Shown here one piece after another: positions 7,855-20,225 of a stretch of 36,920 nt of DNA. A program made the translations under genes and the position numbers. The stretch comes from Azolla caroliniana (taxonomy: Eukaryota > Plantae > Polypodiophyta). How positions within the stretch are numbered: the first letter of the stretch is position 1; each line of letters opens with the position of its first letter. The DNA lies in the NCBI GenBank assembly GCA_043228905.1, contig JBHGNT010000304.1, positions 1 to 36,920 on the forward strand. The letters run 5' to 3'. Under the pieces are notes generated by a model that saw only the letters and a program-made list of their open reading frames with translations, searched no databases and had not been told where the DNA came from.

Positions 7855-8640
7855 TTAGAAGCGACGAATACAAGCACGAGGGCGAAGATCGCACTGTTGG
7901 AGTAGGCGGGAGGCGGCGACGCCTAGAGCTCTTTCCTCGTCATCGGCCTTGAATTGGCGACGTTGTTGACGTTCGTCCTCTTGTCGTCGAGACATGCGGT
8001 GGCGGCGTTCGTCACCCTCTCGTCGCTCACGGCTGCTATCTCTCTCGCGCTCCTCGTCCTCTTCCTCCCAGCTACGGTGTTCCCTTGATTGTTGGCCATG
8101 GCGTCGGCCTTCATCATTGCGTCGTTCCTCCTCGTCAGCATACAAGGCATCACGTAGGCGATCGCATCGATCTTCGGCGGGGATTCGTTCGACGTTCCTG
8201 CAGCACCGTTCCGAGGGTCTTGAGTATCGAGTGTTTTCGATCCATGGGGAGCGACGTCCTTGTTCACCTTCCTCTCTTTCGGAGCGCTCTTGTAGCTCTC
8301 GGATCTGCTTGTCGATGAAATCACCGCACTCTCGCCTCAGTTCCTCGTCACGTGGCTCATCGCGACCACGGCTACGACGTTCCCTTTCCTCTTCGGAGTC
8401 TCTCTTGTTGTCTCTGTAGCGGCGCCCCTCCTCAAGGAACCCCTCACGACGTCGCTCGCGCCTCTCGTCATCGCACTCCCCCTCTCGGCGTCGATCGCGC
8501 CTCTCCTCGTCAATGTCTCCCTCACGACGTCGATCGCGTCGCTCCTCTTCACGGTCCCGCCCTACAGACCTAGCATTGGCCGCGGTACACGCGGCGAGCA
8601 TGATCACGGCCATGAGGAATACGGAAGTAAGCTTTGCCAT
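7855..8640 (-). CDS. 2S albumin-like storage protein precursor, copy 5
   Basis: Translation identical to copy 1. Confidence 0.85.
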   Translation of the reverse strand: MAKLTSVFLMAVIMLAACTAANARSVGRDREEERRDRRREGDIDEERRDRRREGECDDERRERRREGFLEEGRRYRDNKRDSEEERERRSRGRDEPRDEELRRECGDFIDKQIRELQERSEREEGEQGRRSPWIENTRYSRPSERCCRNVERIPAEDRCDRLRDALYADEEERRNDEGRRHGQQSREHRSWEEEDEERERDSSRERREGDERRHRMSRRQEDERQQRRQFKADDEERALGVAASRLLQQCDLRPRACIRRF

Positions 8641-9509
8641 TGCGATTGTCCTTATGATCCCGGTGCTTGTCTCCTAATGGATTGTATTGACATTGCTCCC
8701 TCCACCTTTAATATATACACATGGCCATGCAATCAGAGCACATGCATGTCACTCACCACTCCCATTACCATAACGTGTGTGTCCTGCGTACAACTCTTGC
8801 CCAAGACCCATACCAACTAGTCCACCCTCCCACACGTCTAGGCTAGTCCTAGGTGTCGTATTGTCACCAGACAATCTGGGCGCAACCTGTAGCGGGTACT
8901 CCTCCTCCTCGCGCGAGAGCTTGTCGAGCAACATAACATTTATACATACATAGGTAAATGTGCGCACTCGCGCGTGCGCGTAGGGGTGTGCGGGCACGTG
9001 CACATTAAACTAGAACGCGCTAGTGCCGAGACACTAAGCACGCGGAGGCTACTGCGGGACGAGTGGTGGCTCCCGAGTGTGCTACATCGATGAACGTAGA
9101 TAGACCGGTGTCCGTACTCGCTCGTTCGGACGGACGAGGGGTTGGTAACGACGACGACAAGGAAAGCTAACCGGACTACCACACTAGGAGTGTCCTATCG
9201 GGCAAGTGTGGAAGCAAGTTCACATTCGCCGCGTGTACAAGTTGACCTTAGCCTTAGCCGTTGCCGTGGCGTGTGCGGTATGGGTGTCCTGCTTTGATGT
9301 TTTTTTTTCCGTTTGGGTGGTTTGCGGTCCCTATAGGCAAATTCTATGCGTTGGTGCTCGTGTTTACGTTCGTGTTGGAGGGACGTTGGTGCTCGTGTTT
9401 ACGTTCGTGTGGGTGTAATGCGCGATTGGGGAGACGCACTTGTTCGTAAACACTTACGAGAAATTAGAGAGAGACCACGAGAATAATTTGAACAAGGTTT
9501 ATGTACTAT

Positions 9510-10295
9510 TTAGAAGCGACGAATACAAGCACGAGGGCGAAGATCGCACTGTTGGAGTAGGCGGGAGGCGGCGACGCCTAGAGCTCTTTCCTCGTCATCG
9601 GCCTTGAATTGGCGACGTTGTTGACGTTCGTCCTCTTGTCGTCGAGACATGCGGTGGCGGCGTTCGTCACCCTCTCGTCGCTCACGGCTGCTATCTCTCT
9701 CGCGCTCCTCGTCCTCTTCCTCCCAGCTACGGTGTTCCCTTGATTGTTGGCCATGGCGTCGGCCTTCATCATTGCGTCGTTCCTCCTCGTCAGCATACAA
9801 GGCATCACGTAGGCGATCGCATCGATCTTCGGCGGGGATTCGTTCGACGTTCCTGCAGCACCGTTCCGAGGGTCTTGAGTATCGAGTGTTTTCGATCCAT
9901 GGGGAGCGACGTCCTTGTTCACCTTCCTCTCTTTCGGAGCGCTCTTGTAGCTCTCGGATCTGCTTGTCGATGAAATCACCGCACTCTCGCCTCAGTTCCT
10001 CGTCACGTGGCTCATCGCGACCACGGCTACGACGTTCCCTTTCCTCTTCGGAGTCTCTCTTGTTGTCTCTGTAGCGGCGCCCCTCCTCAAGGAACCCCTC
10101 ACGACGTCGCTCGCGCCTCTCGTCATCGCACTCCCCCTCTCGGCGTCGATCGCGCCTCTCCTCGTCAATGTCTCCCTCACGACGTCGATCGCGTCGCTCC
10201 TCTTCACGGTCCCGCCCTACAGACCTAGCATTGGCCGCGGTACACGCGGCGAGCATGATCACGGCCATGAGGAATACGGAAGTAAGCTTTGCCAT
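9510..10295 (-). CDS. 2S albumin-like storage protein precursor, copy 6
   Basis: Translation identical to copy 1. Confidence 0.85.
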   Translation of the reverse strand: MAKLTSVFLMAVIMLAACTAANARSVGRDREEERRDRRREGDIDEERRDRRREGECDDERRERRREGFLEEGRRYRDNKRDSEEERERRSRGRDEPRDEELRRECGDFIDKQIRELQERSEREEGEQGRRSPWIENTRYSRPSERCCRNVERIPAEDRCDRLRDALYADEEERRNDEGRRHGQQSREHRSWEEEDEERERDSSRERREGDERRHRMSRRQEDERQQRRQFKADDEERALGVAASRLLQQCDLRPRACIRRF

Positions 10296-11164
10296 TGCGA
10301 TTGTCCTTATGATCCCGGTGCTTGTCTCCTAATGGATTGTATTGACATTGCTCCCTCCACCTTTAATATATACACATGGCCATGCAATCAGAGCACATGC
10401 ATGTCACTCACCACTCCCATTACCATAACGTGTGTGTCCTGCGTACAACTCTTGCCCAAGACCCATACCAACTAGTCCACCCTCCCACACGTCTAGGCTA
10501 GTCCTAGGTGTCGTATTGTCACCAGACAATCTGGGCGCAACCTGTAGCGGGTACTCCTCCTCCTCGCGCGAGAGCTTGTCGAGCAACATAACATTTATAC
10601 ATACATAGGTAAATGTGCGCACTCGCGCGTGCGCGTAGGGGTGTGCGGGCACGTGCACATTAAACTAGAACGCGCTAGTGCCGAGACACTAAGCACGCGG
10701 AGGCTACTGCGGGACGAGTGGTGGCTCCCGAGTGTGCTACATCGATGAACGTAGATAGACCGGTGTCCGTACTCGCTCGTTCGGACGGACGAGGGGTTGG
10801 TAACGACGACGACAAGGAAAGCTAACCGGACTACCACACTAGGAGTGTCCTATCGGGCAAGTGTGGAAGCAAGCTCACATTCGCCGCGTGTACAAGTTGA
10901 CCTTAGCCTTAGCCGTTGCCGTGGCGTGTGCGGTATGGGTGTCCTGCTTTGATGTTTTTTTTTCCGTTTGGGTGGTTTGCGGTCCCTATAGGCAAATTCT
11001 ATGCGTTGGTGCTCGTGTTTACGTTCGTGTTGGAGGGACGTTGGTGCTCGTGTTTACGTTCGTGTGGGTGTAATGCGCGATTGGGGAGACGCACTTGTTC
11101 GTAAACACTTACGAGAAATTAGAGAGAGACCACGAGAATAATTTGAACAACGTTTATGTACTAT

Positions 11165-11950
11165 TTAGAAGCGACGAATACAAGCACGAGGGCGAAGATC
11201 GCACTGTTGGAGTAGGCGGGAGGCGGCGACGCCTAGAGCTCTTTCCTCGTCATCGGCCTTGAATTGGCGACGTTGTTGACGTTCGTCCTCTTGTCGTCGA
11301 GACATGCGGTGGCGGCGTTCGTCACCCTCTCGTCGCTCACGGCTGCTATCTCTCTCGCGCTCCTCGTCCTCTTCCTCCCAGCTACGGTGTTCCCTTGATT
11401 GTTGGCCATGGCGTCGGCCTTCATCATTGCGTCGTTCCTCCTCGTCAGCATACAAGGCATCACGTAGGCGATCGCATCGATCTTCGGCGGGGATTCGTTC
11501 GACGTTCCTGCAGCACCGTTCCGAGGGTCTTGAGTATCGAGTGTTTTCGATCCATGGGGAGCGACGTCCTTGTTCACCTTCCTCTCTTTCGGAGCGCTCT
11601 TGTAGCTCTCGGATCTGCTTGTCGATGAAATCACCGCACTCTCGCCTCAGTTCCTCGTCACGTGGCTCATCGCGACCACGGCTACGACGTTCCCTTTCCT
11701 CTTCGGAGTCTCTCTTGTTGTCTCTGTAGCGGCGCCCCTCCTCAAGGAACCCCTCACGACGTCGCTCGCGCCTCTCGTCATCGCACTCCCCCTCTCGGCG
11801 TCGATCGCGCCTCTCCTCGTCAATGTCTCCCTCACGACGTCGATCGCGTCGCTCCTCTTCACGGTCCCGCCCTACAGACCTAGCATTGGCCGCGGTACAC
11901 GCGGCGAGCATGATCACGGCCATGAGGAATACGGAAGTAAGCTTTGCCAT
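11165..11950 (-). CDS. 2S albumin-like storage protein precursor, copy 7
   Basis: Translation identical to copy 1; 3' flank carries G>C at 11151. Confidence 0.85.
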   Translation of the reverse strand: MAKLTSVFLMAVIMLAACTAANARSVGRDREEERRDRRREGDIDEERRDRRREGECDDERRERRREGFLEEGRRYRDNKRDSEEERERRSRGRDEPRDEELRRECGDFIDKQIRELQERSEREEGEQGRRSPWIENTRYSRPSERCCRNVERIPAEDRCDRLRDALYADEEERRNDEGRRHGQQSREHRSWEEEDEERERDSSRERREGDERRHRMSRRQEDERQQRRQFKADDEERALGVAASRLLQQCDLRPRACIRRF

Positions 11951-12819
11951 TGCGATTGTCCTTATGATCCCGGTGCTTGTCTCCTAATGGATTGTATTGA
12001 CATTGCTCCCTCCACCTTTAATATATACACATGGCCATGCAATCAGAGCACATGCATGTCACTCACCACTCCCATTACCATAACGTGTGTGTCCTGCGTA
12101 CAACTCTTGCCCAAGACCCATACCAACTAGTCCACCCTCCCACACGTCTAGGCTAGTCCTAGGTGTCGTATTGTCACCAGACAATCTGGGCGCAACCTGT
12201 AGCGGGTACTCCTCCTCCTCGCGCGAGAGCTTGTCGAGCAACATAACATTTATACATACATAGGTAAATGTGCGCACTCGCGCGTGCGCGTAGGGGTGTG
12301 CGGGCACGTGCACATTAAACTAGAACGCGCTAGTGCCGAGACACTAAGCACGCGGAGGCTACTGCGGGACGAGTGGTGGCTCCCGAGTGTGCTACATCGA
12401 TGAACGTAGATAGACCGGTGTCCGTACTCGCTCGTTCGGACGGACGAGGGGTTGGTAACGACGACGACAAGGAAAGCTAACCGGACTACCACACTAGGAG
12501 TGTCCTATCGGGCAAGTGTGGAAGCAAGCTCACATTCGCCGCGTGTACAAGTTGACCTTAGCCTTAGCCGTTGCCGTGGCGTGTGCGGTATGGGTGTCCT
12601 GCTTTGATGTTTTTTTTTCCGTTTGGGTGGTTTGCGGTCCCTATAGGCAAATTCTATGCGTTGGTGCTCGTGTTTACGTTCGTGTTGGAGGGACGTTGGT
12701 GCTCGTGTTTACGTTCGTGTGGGTGTAATGCGCGATTGGGGAGACGCACTTGTTCGTAAACACTTACGAGAAATTAGAGAGAGACCACGAGAATAATTTG
12801 AACAACGTTTATGTACTAT

Positions 12820-13605
12820 TTAGAAGCGACGAATACAAGCACGAGGGCGAAGATCGCACTGTTGGAGTAGGCGGGAGGCGGCGACGCCTAGAGCTCTTTC
12901 CTCGTCATCGGCCTTGAATTGGCGACGTTGTTGACGTTCGTCCTCTTGTCGTCGAGACATGCGGTGGCGGCGTTCGTCACCCTCTCGTCGCTCACGGCTG
13001 CTATCTCTCTCGCGCTCCTCGTCCTCTTCCTCCCAGCTACGGTGTTCCCTTGATTGTTGGCCATGGCGTCGGCCTTCATCATTGCGTCGTTCCTCCTCGT
13101 CAGCATACAAGGCATCACGTAGGCGATCGCATCGATCTTCGGCGGGGATTCGTTCGACGTTCCTGCAGCACCGTTCCGAGGGTCTTGAGTATCGAGTGTT
13201 TTCGATCCATGGGGAGCGACGTCCTTGTTCACCTTCCTCTCTTTCGGAGCGCTCTTGTAGCTCTCGGATCTGCTTGTCGATGAAATCACCGCACTCTCGC
13301 CTCAGTTCCTCGTCACGTGGCTCATCGCGACCACGGCTACGACGTTCCCTTTCCTCTTCGGAGTCTCTCTTGTTGTCTCTGTAGCGGCGCCCCTCCTCAA
13401 GGAACCCCTCACGACGTCGCTCGCGCCTCTCGTCATCGCACTCCCCCTCTCGGCGTCGATCGCGCCTCTCCTCGTCAATGTCTCCCTCACGACGTCGATC
13501 GCGTCGCTCCTCTTCACGGTCCCGCCCTACAGACCTAGCATTGGCCGCGGTACACGCGGCGAGCATGATCACGGCCATGAGGAATACGGAAGTAAGCTTT
13601 GCCAT
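12820..13605 (-). CDS. 2S albumin-like storage protein precursor, copy 8
   Basis: Translation identical to copy 1; 3' flank carries G>C at 12806. Confidence 0.85.
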   Translation of the reverse strand: MAKLTSVFLMAVIMLAACTAANARSVGRDREEERRDRRREGDIDEERRDRRREGECDDERRERRREGFLEEGRRYRDNKRDSEEERERRSRGRDEPRDEELRRECGDFIDKQIRELQERSEREEGEQGRRSPWIENTRYSRPSERCCRNVERIPAEDRCDRLRDALYADEEERRNDEGRRHGQQSREHRSWEEEDEERERDSSRERREGDERRHRMSRRQEDERQQRRQFKADDEERALGVAASRLLQQCDLRPRACIRRF

Positions 13606-14474
13606 TGCGATTGTCCTTATGATCCCGGTGCTTGTCTCCTAATGGATTGTATTGACATTGCTCCCTCCACCTTTAATATATACACATGGCCATGCAATCA
13701 GAGCACATGCATGTCACTCACCACTCCCATTACCATAACGTGTGTGTCCTGCGTACAACTCTTGCCCAAGACCCATACCAACTAGTCCACCCTCCCACAC
13801 GTCTAGGCTAGTCCTAGGTGTCGTATTGTCACCAGACAATCTGGGCGCAACCTGTAGCGGGTACTCCTCCTCCTCGCGCGAGAGCTTGTCGAGCAACATA
13901 ACATTTATACATACATAGGTAAATGTGCGCACTCGCGCGTGCGCGTAGGGGTGTGCGGGCACGTGCACATTAAACTAGAACGCGCTAGTGCCGAGACACT
14001 AAGCACGCGGAGGCTACTGCGGGACGAGTGGTGGCTCCCGAGTGTGCTACATCGATGAACGTAGATAGACCGGTGTCCGTACTCGCTCGTTCGGACGGAC
14101 GAGGGGTTGGTAACGACGACGACAAGGAAAGCTAACCGGACTACCACACTAGGAGTGTCCTATCGGGCAAGTGTGGAAGCAAGCTCACATTCGCCGCGTG
14201 TACAAGTTGACCTTAGCCTTAGCCGTTGCCGTGGCGTGTGCGGTATGGGTGTCCTGCTTTGATGTTTTTTTTTCCGTTTGGGTGGTTTGCGGTCCCTATA
14301 GGCAAATTCTATGCGTTGGTGCTCGTGTTTACGTTCGTGTTGGAGGGACGTTGGTGCTCGTGTTTACGTTCGTGTGGGTGTAATGCGCGATTGGGGAGAC
14401 GCACTTGTTCGTAAACACTTACGAGAAATTAGAGAGAGACCACGAGAATAATTTGAACAAGGTTTATGTACTAT

Positions 14475-15260
14475 TTAGAAGCGACGAATACAAGCACGAG
14501 GGCGAAGATCGCACTGTTGGAGTAGGCGGGAGGCGGCGACGCCTAGAGCTCTTTCCTCGTCATCGGCCTTGAATTGGCGACGTTGTTGACGTTCGTCCTC
14601 TTGTCGTCGAGACATGCGGTGGCGGCGTTCGTCACCCTCTCGTCGCTCACGGCTGCTATCTCTCTCGCGCTCCTCGTCCTCTTCCTCCCAGCTACGGTGT
14701 TCCCTTGATTGTTGGCCATGGCGTCGGCCTTCATCATTGCGTCGTTCCTCCTCGTCAGCATACAAGGCATCACGTAGGCGATCGCATCGATCTTCGGCGG
14801 GGATTCGTTCGACGTTCCTGCAGCACCGTTCCGAGGGTCTTGAGTATCGAGTGTTTTCGATCCATGGGGAGCGACGTCCTTGTTCACCTTCCTCTCTTTC
14901 GGAGCGCTCTTGTAGCTCTCGGATCTGCTTGTCGATGAAATCACCGCACTCTCGCCTCAGTTCCTCGTCACGTGGCTCATCGCGACCACGGCTACGACGT
15001 TCCCTTTCCTCTTCGGAGTCTCTCTTGTTGTCTCTGTAGCGGCGCCCCTCCTCAAGGAACCCCTCACGACGTCGCTCGCGCCTCTCGTCATCGCACTCCC
15101 CCTCTCGGCGTCGATCGCGCCTCTCCTCGTCAATGTCTCCCTCACGACGTCGATCGCGTCGCTCCTCTTCACGGTCCCGCCCTACAGACCTAGCATTGGC
15201 CGCGGTACACGCGGCGAGCATGATCACGGCCATGAGGAATACGGAAGTAAGCTTTGCCAT
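14475..15260 (-). CDS. 2S albumin-like storage protein precursor, copy 9
   Basis: Translation identical to copy 1. Confidence 0.85.
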   Translation of the reverse strand: MAKLTSVFLMAVIMLAACTAANARSVGRDREEERRDRRREGDIDEERRDRRREGECDDERRERRREGFLEEGRRYRDNKRDSEEERERRSRGRDEPRDEELRRECGDFIDKQIRELQERSEREEGEQGRRSPWIENTRYSRPSERCCRNVERIPAEDRCDRLRDALYADEEERRNDEGRRHGQQSREHRSWEEEDEERERDSSRERREGDERRHRMSRRQEDERQQRRQFKADDEERALGVAASRLLQQCDLRPRACIRRF

Positions 15261-16129
15261 TGCGATTGTCCTTATGATCCCGGTGCTTGTCTCCTAATGG
15301 ATTGTATTGACATTGCTCCCTCCACCTTTAATATATACACATGGCCATGCAATCAGAGCACATGCATGTCACTCACCACTCCCATTACCATAACGTGTGT
15401 GTCCTGCGTACAACTCTTGCCCAAGACCCATACCAACTAGTCCACCCTCCCACACGTCTAGGCTAGTCCTAGGTGTCGTATTGTCACCAGACAATCTGGG
15501 CGCAACCTGTAGCGGGTACTCCTCCTCCTCGCGCGAGAGCTTGTCGAGCAACATAACATTTATACATACATAGGTAAATGTGCGCACTTGCGCGTGCGCG
15601 TAGGGGTGTGCGGGCACGTGCACATTAAACTAGAACGCGCTAGTGCCGAGACACTAAGCACGCGGAGGCTACTGCGGGACGAGTGGTGGCTCCCGAGTGT
15701 GCTACATCGATGAACGTAGATAGACCGGTGTCCGTACTCGCTCGTTCGGACGGACGAGGGGTTGGTAACGACGACGACAAGGAAAGCTAACCGGACTACC
15801 ACACTAGGAGTGTCCTATCGGGCAAGTGTGGAAGCAAGCTCACATTCGCCGCGTGTACAAGTTGACCTTAGCCTTAGCCGTTGCCGTGGCGTGTGCGGTA
15901 TGGGTGTCCTGCTTTGATGTTTTTTTTTCCGTTTGGGTGGTTTGCGGTCCCTATAGGCAAATTCTATGCGTTGGTGCTCGTGTTTACGTTCGTGTTGGAG
16001 GGACGTTGGTGCTCGTGTTTACGTTCGTGTGGGTGTAATGCGCGATTGGGGAGACGCACTTGTTCGTAAACACTTACGAGAAATTAGAGAGAGACCACGA
16101 GAATAATTTGAACAAGGTTTATGTACTAT

Positions 16130-16915
16130 TTAGAAGCGACGAATACAAGCACGAGGGCGAAGATCGCACTGTTGGAGTAGGCGGGAGGCGGCGACGCCTA
16201 GAGCTCTTTCCTCGTCATCGGCCTTGAATTGGCGACGTTGTTGACGTTCGTCCTCTTGTCGTCGAGACATGCGGTGGCGGCGTTCGTCACCCTCTCGTCG
16301 CTCACGGCTGCTATCTCTCTCGCGCTCCTCGTCCTCTTCCTCCCAGCTACGGTGTTCCCTTGATTGTTGGCCATGGCGTCGGCCTTCATCATTGCGTCGT
16401 TCCTCCTCGTCAGCATACAAGGCATCACGTAGGCGATCGCATCGATCTTCGGCGGGGATTCGTTCGACGTTCCTGCAGCACCGTTCCGAGGGTCTTGAGT
16501 ATCGAGTGTTTTCGATCCATGGGGAGCGACGTCCTTGTTCACCTTCCTCTCTTTCGGAGCGCTCTTGTAGCTCTCGGATCTGCTTGTCGATGAAATCACC
16601 GCACTCTCGCCTCAGTTCCTCGTCACGTGGCTCATCGCGACCACGGCTACGACGTTCCCTTTCCTCTTCGGAGTCTCTCTTGTTGTCTCTGTAGCGGCGC
16701 CCCTCCTCAAGGAACCCCTCACGACGTCGCTCGCGCCTCTCGTCATCGCACTCCCCCTCTCGGCGTCGATCGCGCCTCTCCTCGTCAATGTCTCCCTCAC
16801 GACGTCGATCGCGTCGCTCCTCTTCACGGTCCCGCCCTACAGACCTAGCATTGGCCGCGGTACACGCGGCGAGCATGATCACGGCCATGAGGAATACGGA
16901 AGTAAGCTTTGCCAT
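16130..16915 (-). CDS. 2S albumin-like storage protein precursor, copy 10
   Basis: Translation identical to copy 1. Confidence 0.85.
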   Translation of the reverse strand: MAKLTSVFLMAVIMLAACTAANARSVGRDREEERRDRRREGDIDEERRDRRREGECDDERRERRREGFLEEGRRYRDNKRDSEEERERRSRGRDEPRDEELRRECGDFIDKQIRELQERSEREEGEQGRRSPWIENTRYSRPSERCCRNVERIPAEDRCDRLRDALYADEEERRNDEGRRHGQQSREHRSWEEEDEERERDSSRERREGDERRHRMSRRQEDERQQRRQFKADDEERALGVAASRLLQQCDLRPRACIRRF

Positions 16916-17784
16916 TGCGATTGTCCTTATGATCCCGGTGCTTGTCTCCTAATGGATTGTATTGACATTGCTCCCTCCACCTTTAATATATACACATGGC
17001 CATGCAATCAGAGCACATGCATGTCACTCACCACTCCCATTACCATAACGTGTGTGTCCTGCGTACAACTCTTGCCCAAGACCCATACCAACTAGTCCAC
17101 CCTCCCACACGTCTAGGCTAGTCCTAGGTGTCGTATTGTCACCAGACAATCTGGGCGCAACCTGTAGCGGGTACTCCTCCTCCTCGCGCGAGAGCTTGTC
17201 GAGCAACATAACATTTATACATACATAGGTAAATGTGCGCACTCGCGCGTGCGCGTAGGGGTGTGCGGGCACGTGCACATTAAACTAGAACGCGCTAGTG
17301 CCGAGACACTAAGCACGCGGAGGCTACTGCGGGACGAGTGGTGGCTCCCGAGTGTGCTACATCGATGAACGTAGATAGACCGGTGTCCGTACTCGCTCGT
17401 TCGGACGGACGAGGGGTTGGTAACGACGACGACAAGGAAAGCTAACCGGACTACCACACTAGGAGTGTCCTATCGGGCAAGTGTGGAAGCAAGCTCACAT
17501 TCGCCGCGTGTACAAGTTGACCTTAGCCTTAGCCGTTGCCGTGGCGTGTGCGGTATGGGTGTCCTGCTTTGATGTTTTTTTTTCCGTTTGGGTGGTTTGC
17601 GGTCCCTATAGGCAAATTCTATGCGTTGGTGCTCGTGTTTACGTTCGTGTTGGAGGGACGTTGGTGCTCGTGTTTACGTTCGTGTGGGTGTAATGCGCGA
17701 TTGGGGAGACGCACTTGTTCGTAAACACTTACGAGAAATTAGAGAGAGACCACGAGAATAATTTGAACAAGGTTTATGTACTAT

Positions 17785-18570
17785 TTAGAAGCGACGAATA
17801 CAAGCACGAGGGCGAAGATCGCACTGTTGGAGTAGGCGGGAGGCGGCGACGCCTAGAGCTCTTTCCTCGTCATCGGCCTTGAATTGGCGACGTTGTTGAC
17901 GTTCGTCCTCTTGTCGTCGAGACATGCGGTGGCGGCGTTCGTCACCCTCTCGTCGCTCACGGCTGCTATCTCTCTCGCGCTCCTCGTCCTCTTCCTCCCA
18001 GCTACGGTGTTCCCTTGATTGTTGGCCATGGCGTCGGCCTTCATCATTGCGTCGTTCCTCCTCGTCAGCATACAAGGCATCACGTAGGCGATCGCATCGA
18101 TCTTCGGCGGGGATTCGTTCGACGTTCCTGCAGCACCGTTCCGAGGGTCTTGAGTATCGAGTGTTTTCGATCCATGGGGAGCGACGTCCTTGTTCACCTT
18201 CCTCTCTTTCGGAGCGCTCTTGTAGCTCTCGGATCTGCTTGTCGATGAAATCACCGCACTCTCGCCTCAGTTCCTCGTCACGTGGCTCATCGCGACCACG
18301 GCTACGACGTTCCCTTTCCTCTTCGGAGTCTCTCTTGTTGTCTCTGTAGCGGCGCCCCTCCTCAAGGAACCCCTCACGACGTCGCTCGCGCCTCTCGTCA
18401 TCGCACTCCCCCTCTCGGCGTCGATCGCGCCTCTCCTCGTCAATGTCTCCCTCACGACGTCGATCGCGTCGCTCCTCTTCACGGTCCCGCCCTACAGACC
18501 TAGCATTGGCCGCGGTACACGCGGCGAGCATGATCACGGCCATGAGGAATACGGAAGTAAGCTTTGCCAT
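17785..18570 (-). CDS. 2S albumin-like storage protein precursor, copy 11
   Basis: Translation identical to copy 1. Confidence 0.85.
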   Translation of the reverse strand: MAKLTSVFLMAVIMLAACTAANARSVGRDREEERRDRRREGDIDEERRDRRREGECDDERRERRREGFLEEGRRYRDNKRDSEEERERRSRGRDEPRDEELRRECGDFIDKQIRELQERSEREEGEQGRRSPWIENTRYSRPSERCCRNVERIPAEDRCDRLRDALYADEEERRNDEGRRHGQQSREHRSWEEEDEERERDSSRERREGDERRHRMSRRQEDERQQRRQFKADDEERALGVAASRLLQQCDLRPRACIRRF

Positions 18571-19439
18571 TGCGATTGTCCTTATGATCCCGGTGCTTGT
18601 CTCCTAATGGATTGTATTGACATTGCTCCCTCCACCTTTAATATATACACATGGCCATGCAATCAGAGCACATGCATGTCACTCACCACTCCCATTACCA
18701 TAACGTGTGTGTCCTGCGTACAACTCTTGCCCAAGACCCATACCAACTAGTCCACCCTCCCACACGTCTAGGCTAGTCCTAGGTGTCGTATTGTCACCAG
18801 ACAATCTGGGCGCAACCTGTAGCGGGTACTCCTCCTCCTCGCGCGAGAGCTTGTCGAGCAACATAACATTTATACATACATAGGTAAATGTGCGCACTCG
18901 CGCGTGCGCGTAGGGGTGTGCGGGCACGTGCACATTAAACTAGAACGCGCTAGTGCCGAGACACTAAGCACGCGGAGGCTACTGCGGGACGAGTGGTGGC
19001 TCCCGAGTGTGCTACATCGATGAACGTAGATAGACCGGTGTCCGTACTCGCTCGTTCGGACGGACGAGGGGTTGGTAACGACGACGACAAGGAAAGCTAA
19101 CCGGACTACCACACTAGGAGTGTCCTATCGGGCAAGTGTGGAAGCAAGTTCACATTCGCCGCGTGTACAAGTTGACCTTAGCCTTAGCCGTTGCCGTGGC
19201 GTGTGCGGTATGGGTGTCCTGCTTTGATGTTTTTTTTTCCGTTTGGGTGGTTTGCGGTCCCTATAGGCAAATTCTATGCGTTGGTGCTCGTGTTTACGTT
19301 CGTGTTGGAGGGACGTTGGTGCTCGTGTTTACGTTCGTGTGGGTGTAATGCGCGATTGGGGAGACGCACTTGTTCGTAAACACTTACGAGAAATTAGAGA
19401 GAGACCACGAGAATAATTTGAACAAGGTTTATGTACTAT

Positions 19440-20225
19440 TTAGAAGCGACGAATACAAGCACGAGGGCGAAGATCGCACTGTTGGAGTAGGCGGGAGGCG
19501 GCGACGCCTAGAGCTCTTTCCTCGTCATCGGCCTTGAATTGGCGACGTTGTTGACGTTCGTCCTCTTGTCGTCGAGACATGCGGTGGCGGCGTTCGTCAC
19601 CCTCTCGTCGCTCACGGCTGCTATCTCTCTCGCGCTCCTCGTCCTCTTCCTCCCGGCTACGGTGTTCCCTTGATTGTTGGCCATGGCGTCGGCCTTCATC
19701 ATTGCGTCGTTCCTCCTCGTCAGCATACAAGGCATCACGTAGGCGATCGCATCGATCTTCGGCGGGGATTCGTTCGACGTTCCTGCAGCACCGTTCCGAG
19801 GGTCTTGAGTATCGAGTGTTTTCGATCCATGGGGAGCGACGTCCTTGTTCACCTTCCTCTCTTTCGGAGCGCTCTTGTAGCTCTCGGATCTGCTTGTCGA
19901 TGAAATCACCGCACTCTCGCCTCAGTTCCTCGTCACGTGGCTCATCGCGACCACGGCTACGACGTTCCCTTTCCTCTTCGGAGTCTCTCTTGTTGTCTCT
20001 GTAGCGGCGCCCCTCCTCAAGGAACCCCTCACGACGTCGCTCGCGCCTCTCGTCATCGCACTCCCCCTCTCGGCGTCGATCGCGCCTCTCCTCGTCAATG
20101 TCTCCCTCACGACGTCGATCGCGTCGCTCCTCTTCACGGTCCCGCCCTACAGACCTAGCATTGGCCGCGGTACACGCGGCGAGCATGATCACGGCCATGA
20201 GGAATACGGAAGTAAGCTTTGCCAT
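19440..20225 (-). CDS. 2S albumin-like storage protein precursor, copy 12 (W191R variant)
   Basis: Same as copy 1 except A>G at 19655 (TGG>CGG). Confidence 0.85.
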   Translation of the reverse strand: MAKLTSVFLMAVIMLAACTAANARSVGRDREEERRDRRREGDIDEERRDRRREGECDDERRERRREGFLEEGRRYRDNKRDSEEERERRSRGRDEPRDEELRRECGDFIDKQIRELQERSEREEGEQGRRSPWIENTRYSRPSERCCRNVERIPAEDRCDRLRDALYADEEERRNDEGRRHGQQSREHRSREEEDEERERDSSRERREGDERRHRMSRRQEDERQQRRQFKADDEERALGVAASRLLQQCDLRPRACIRRF

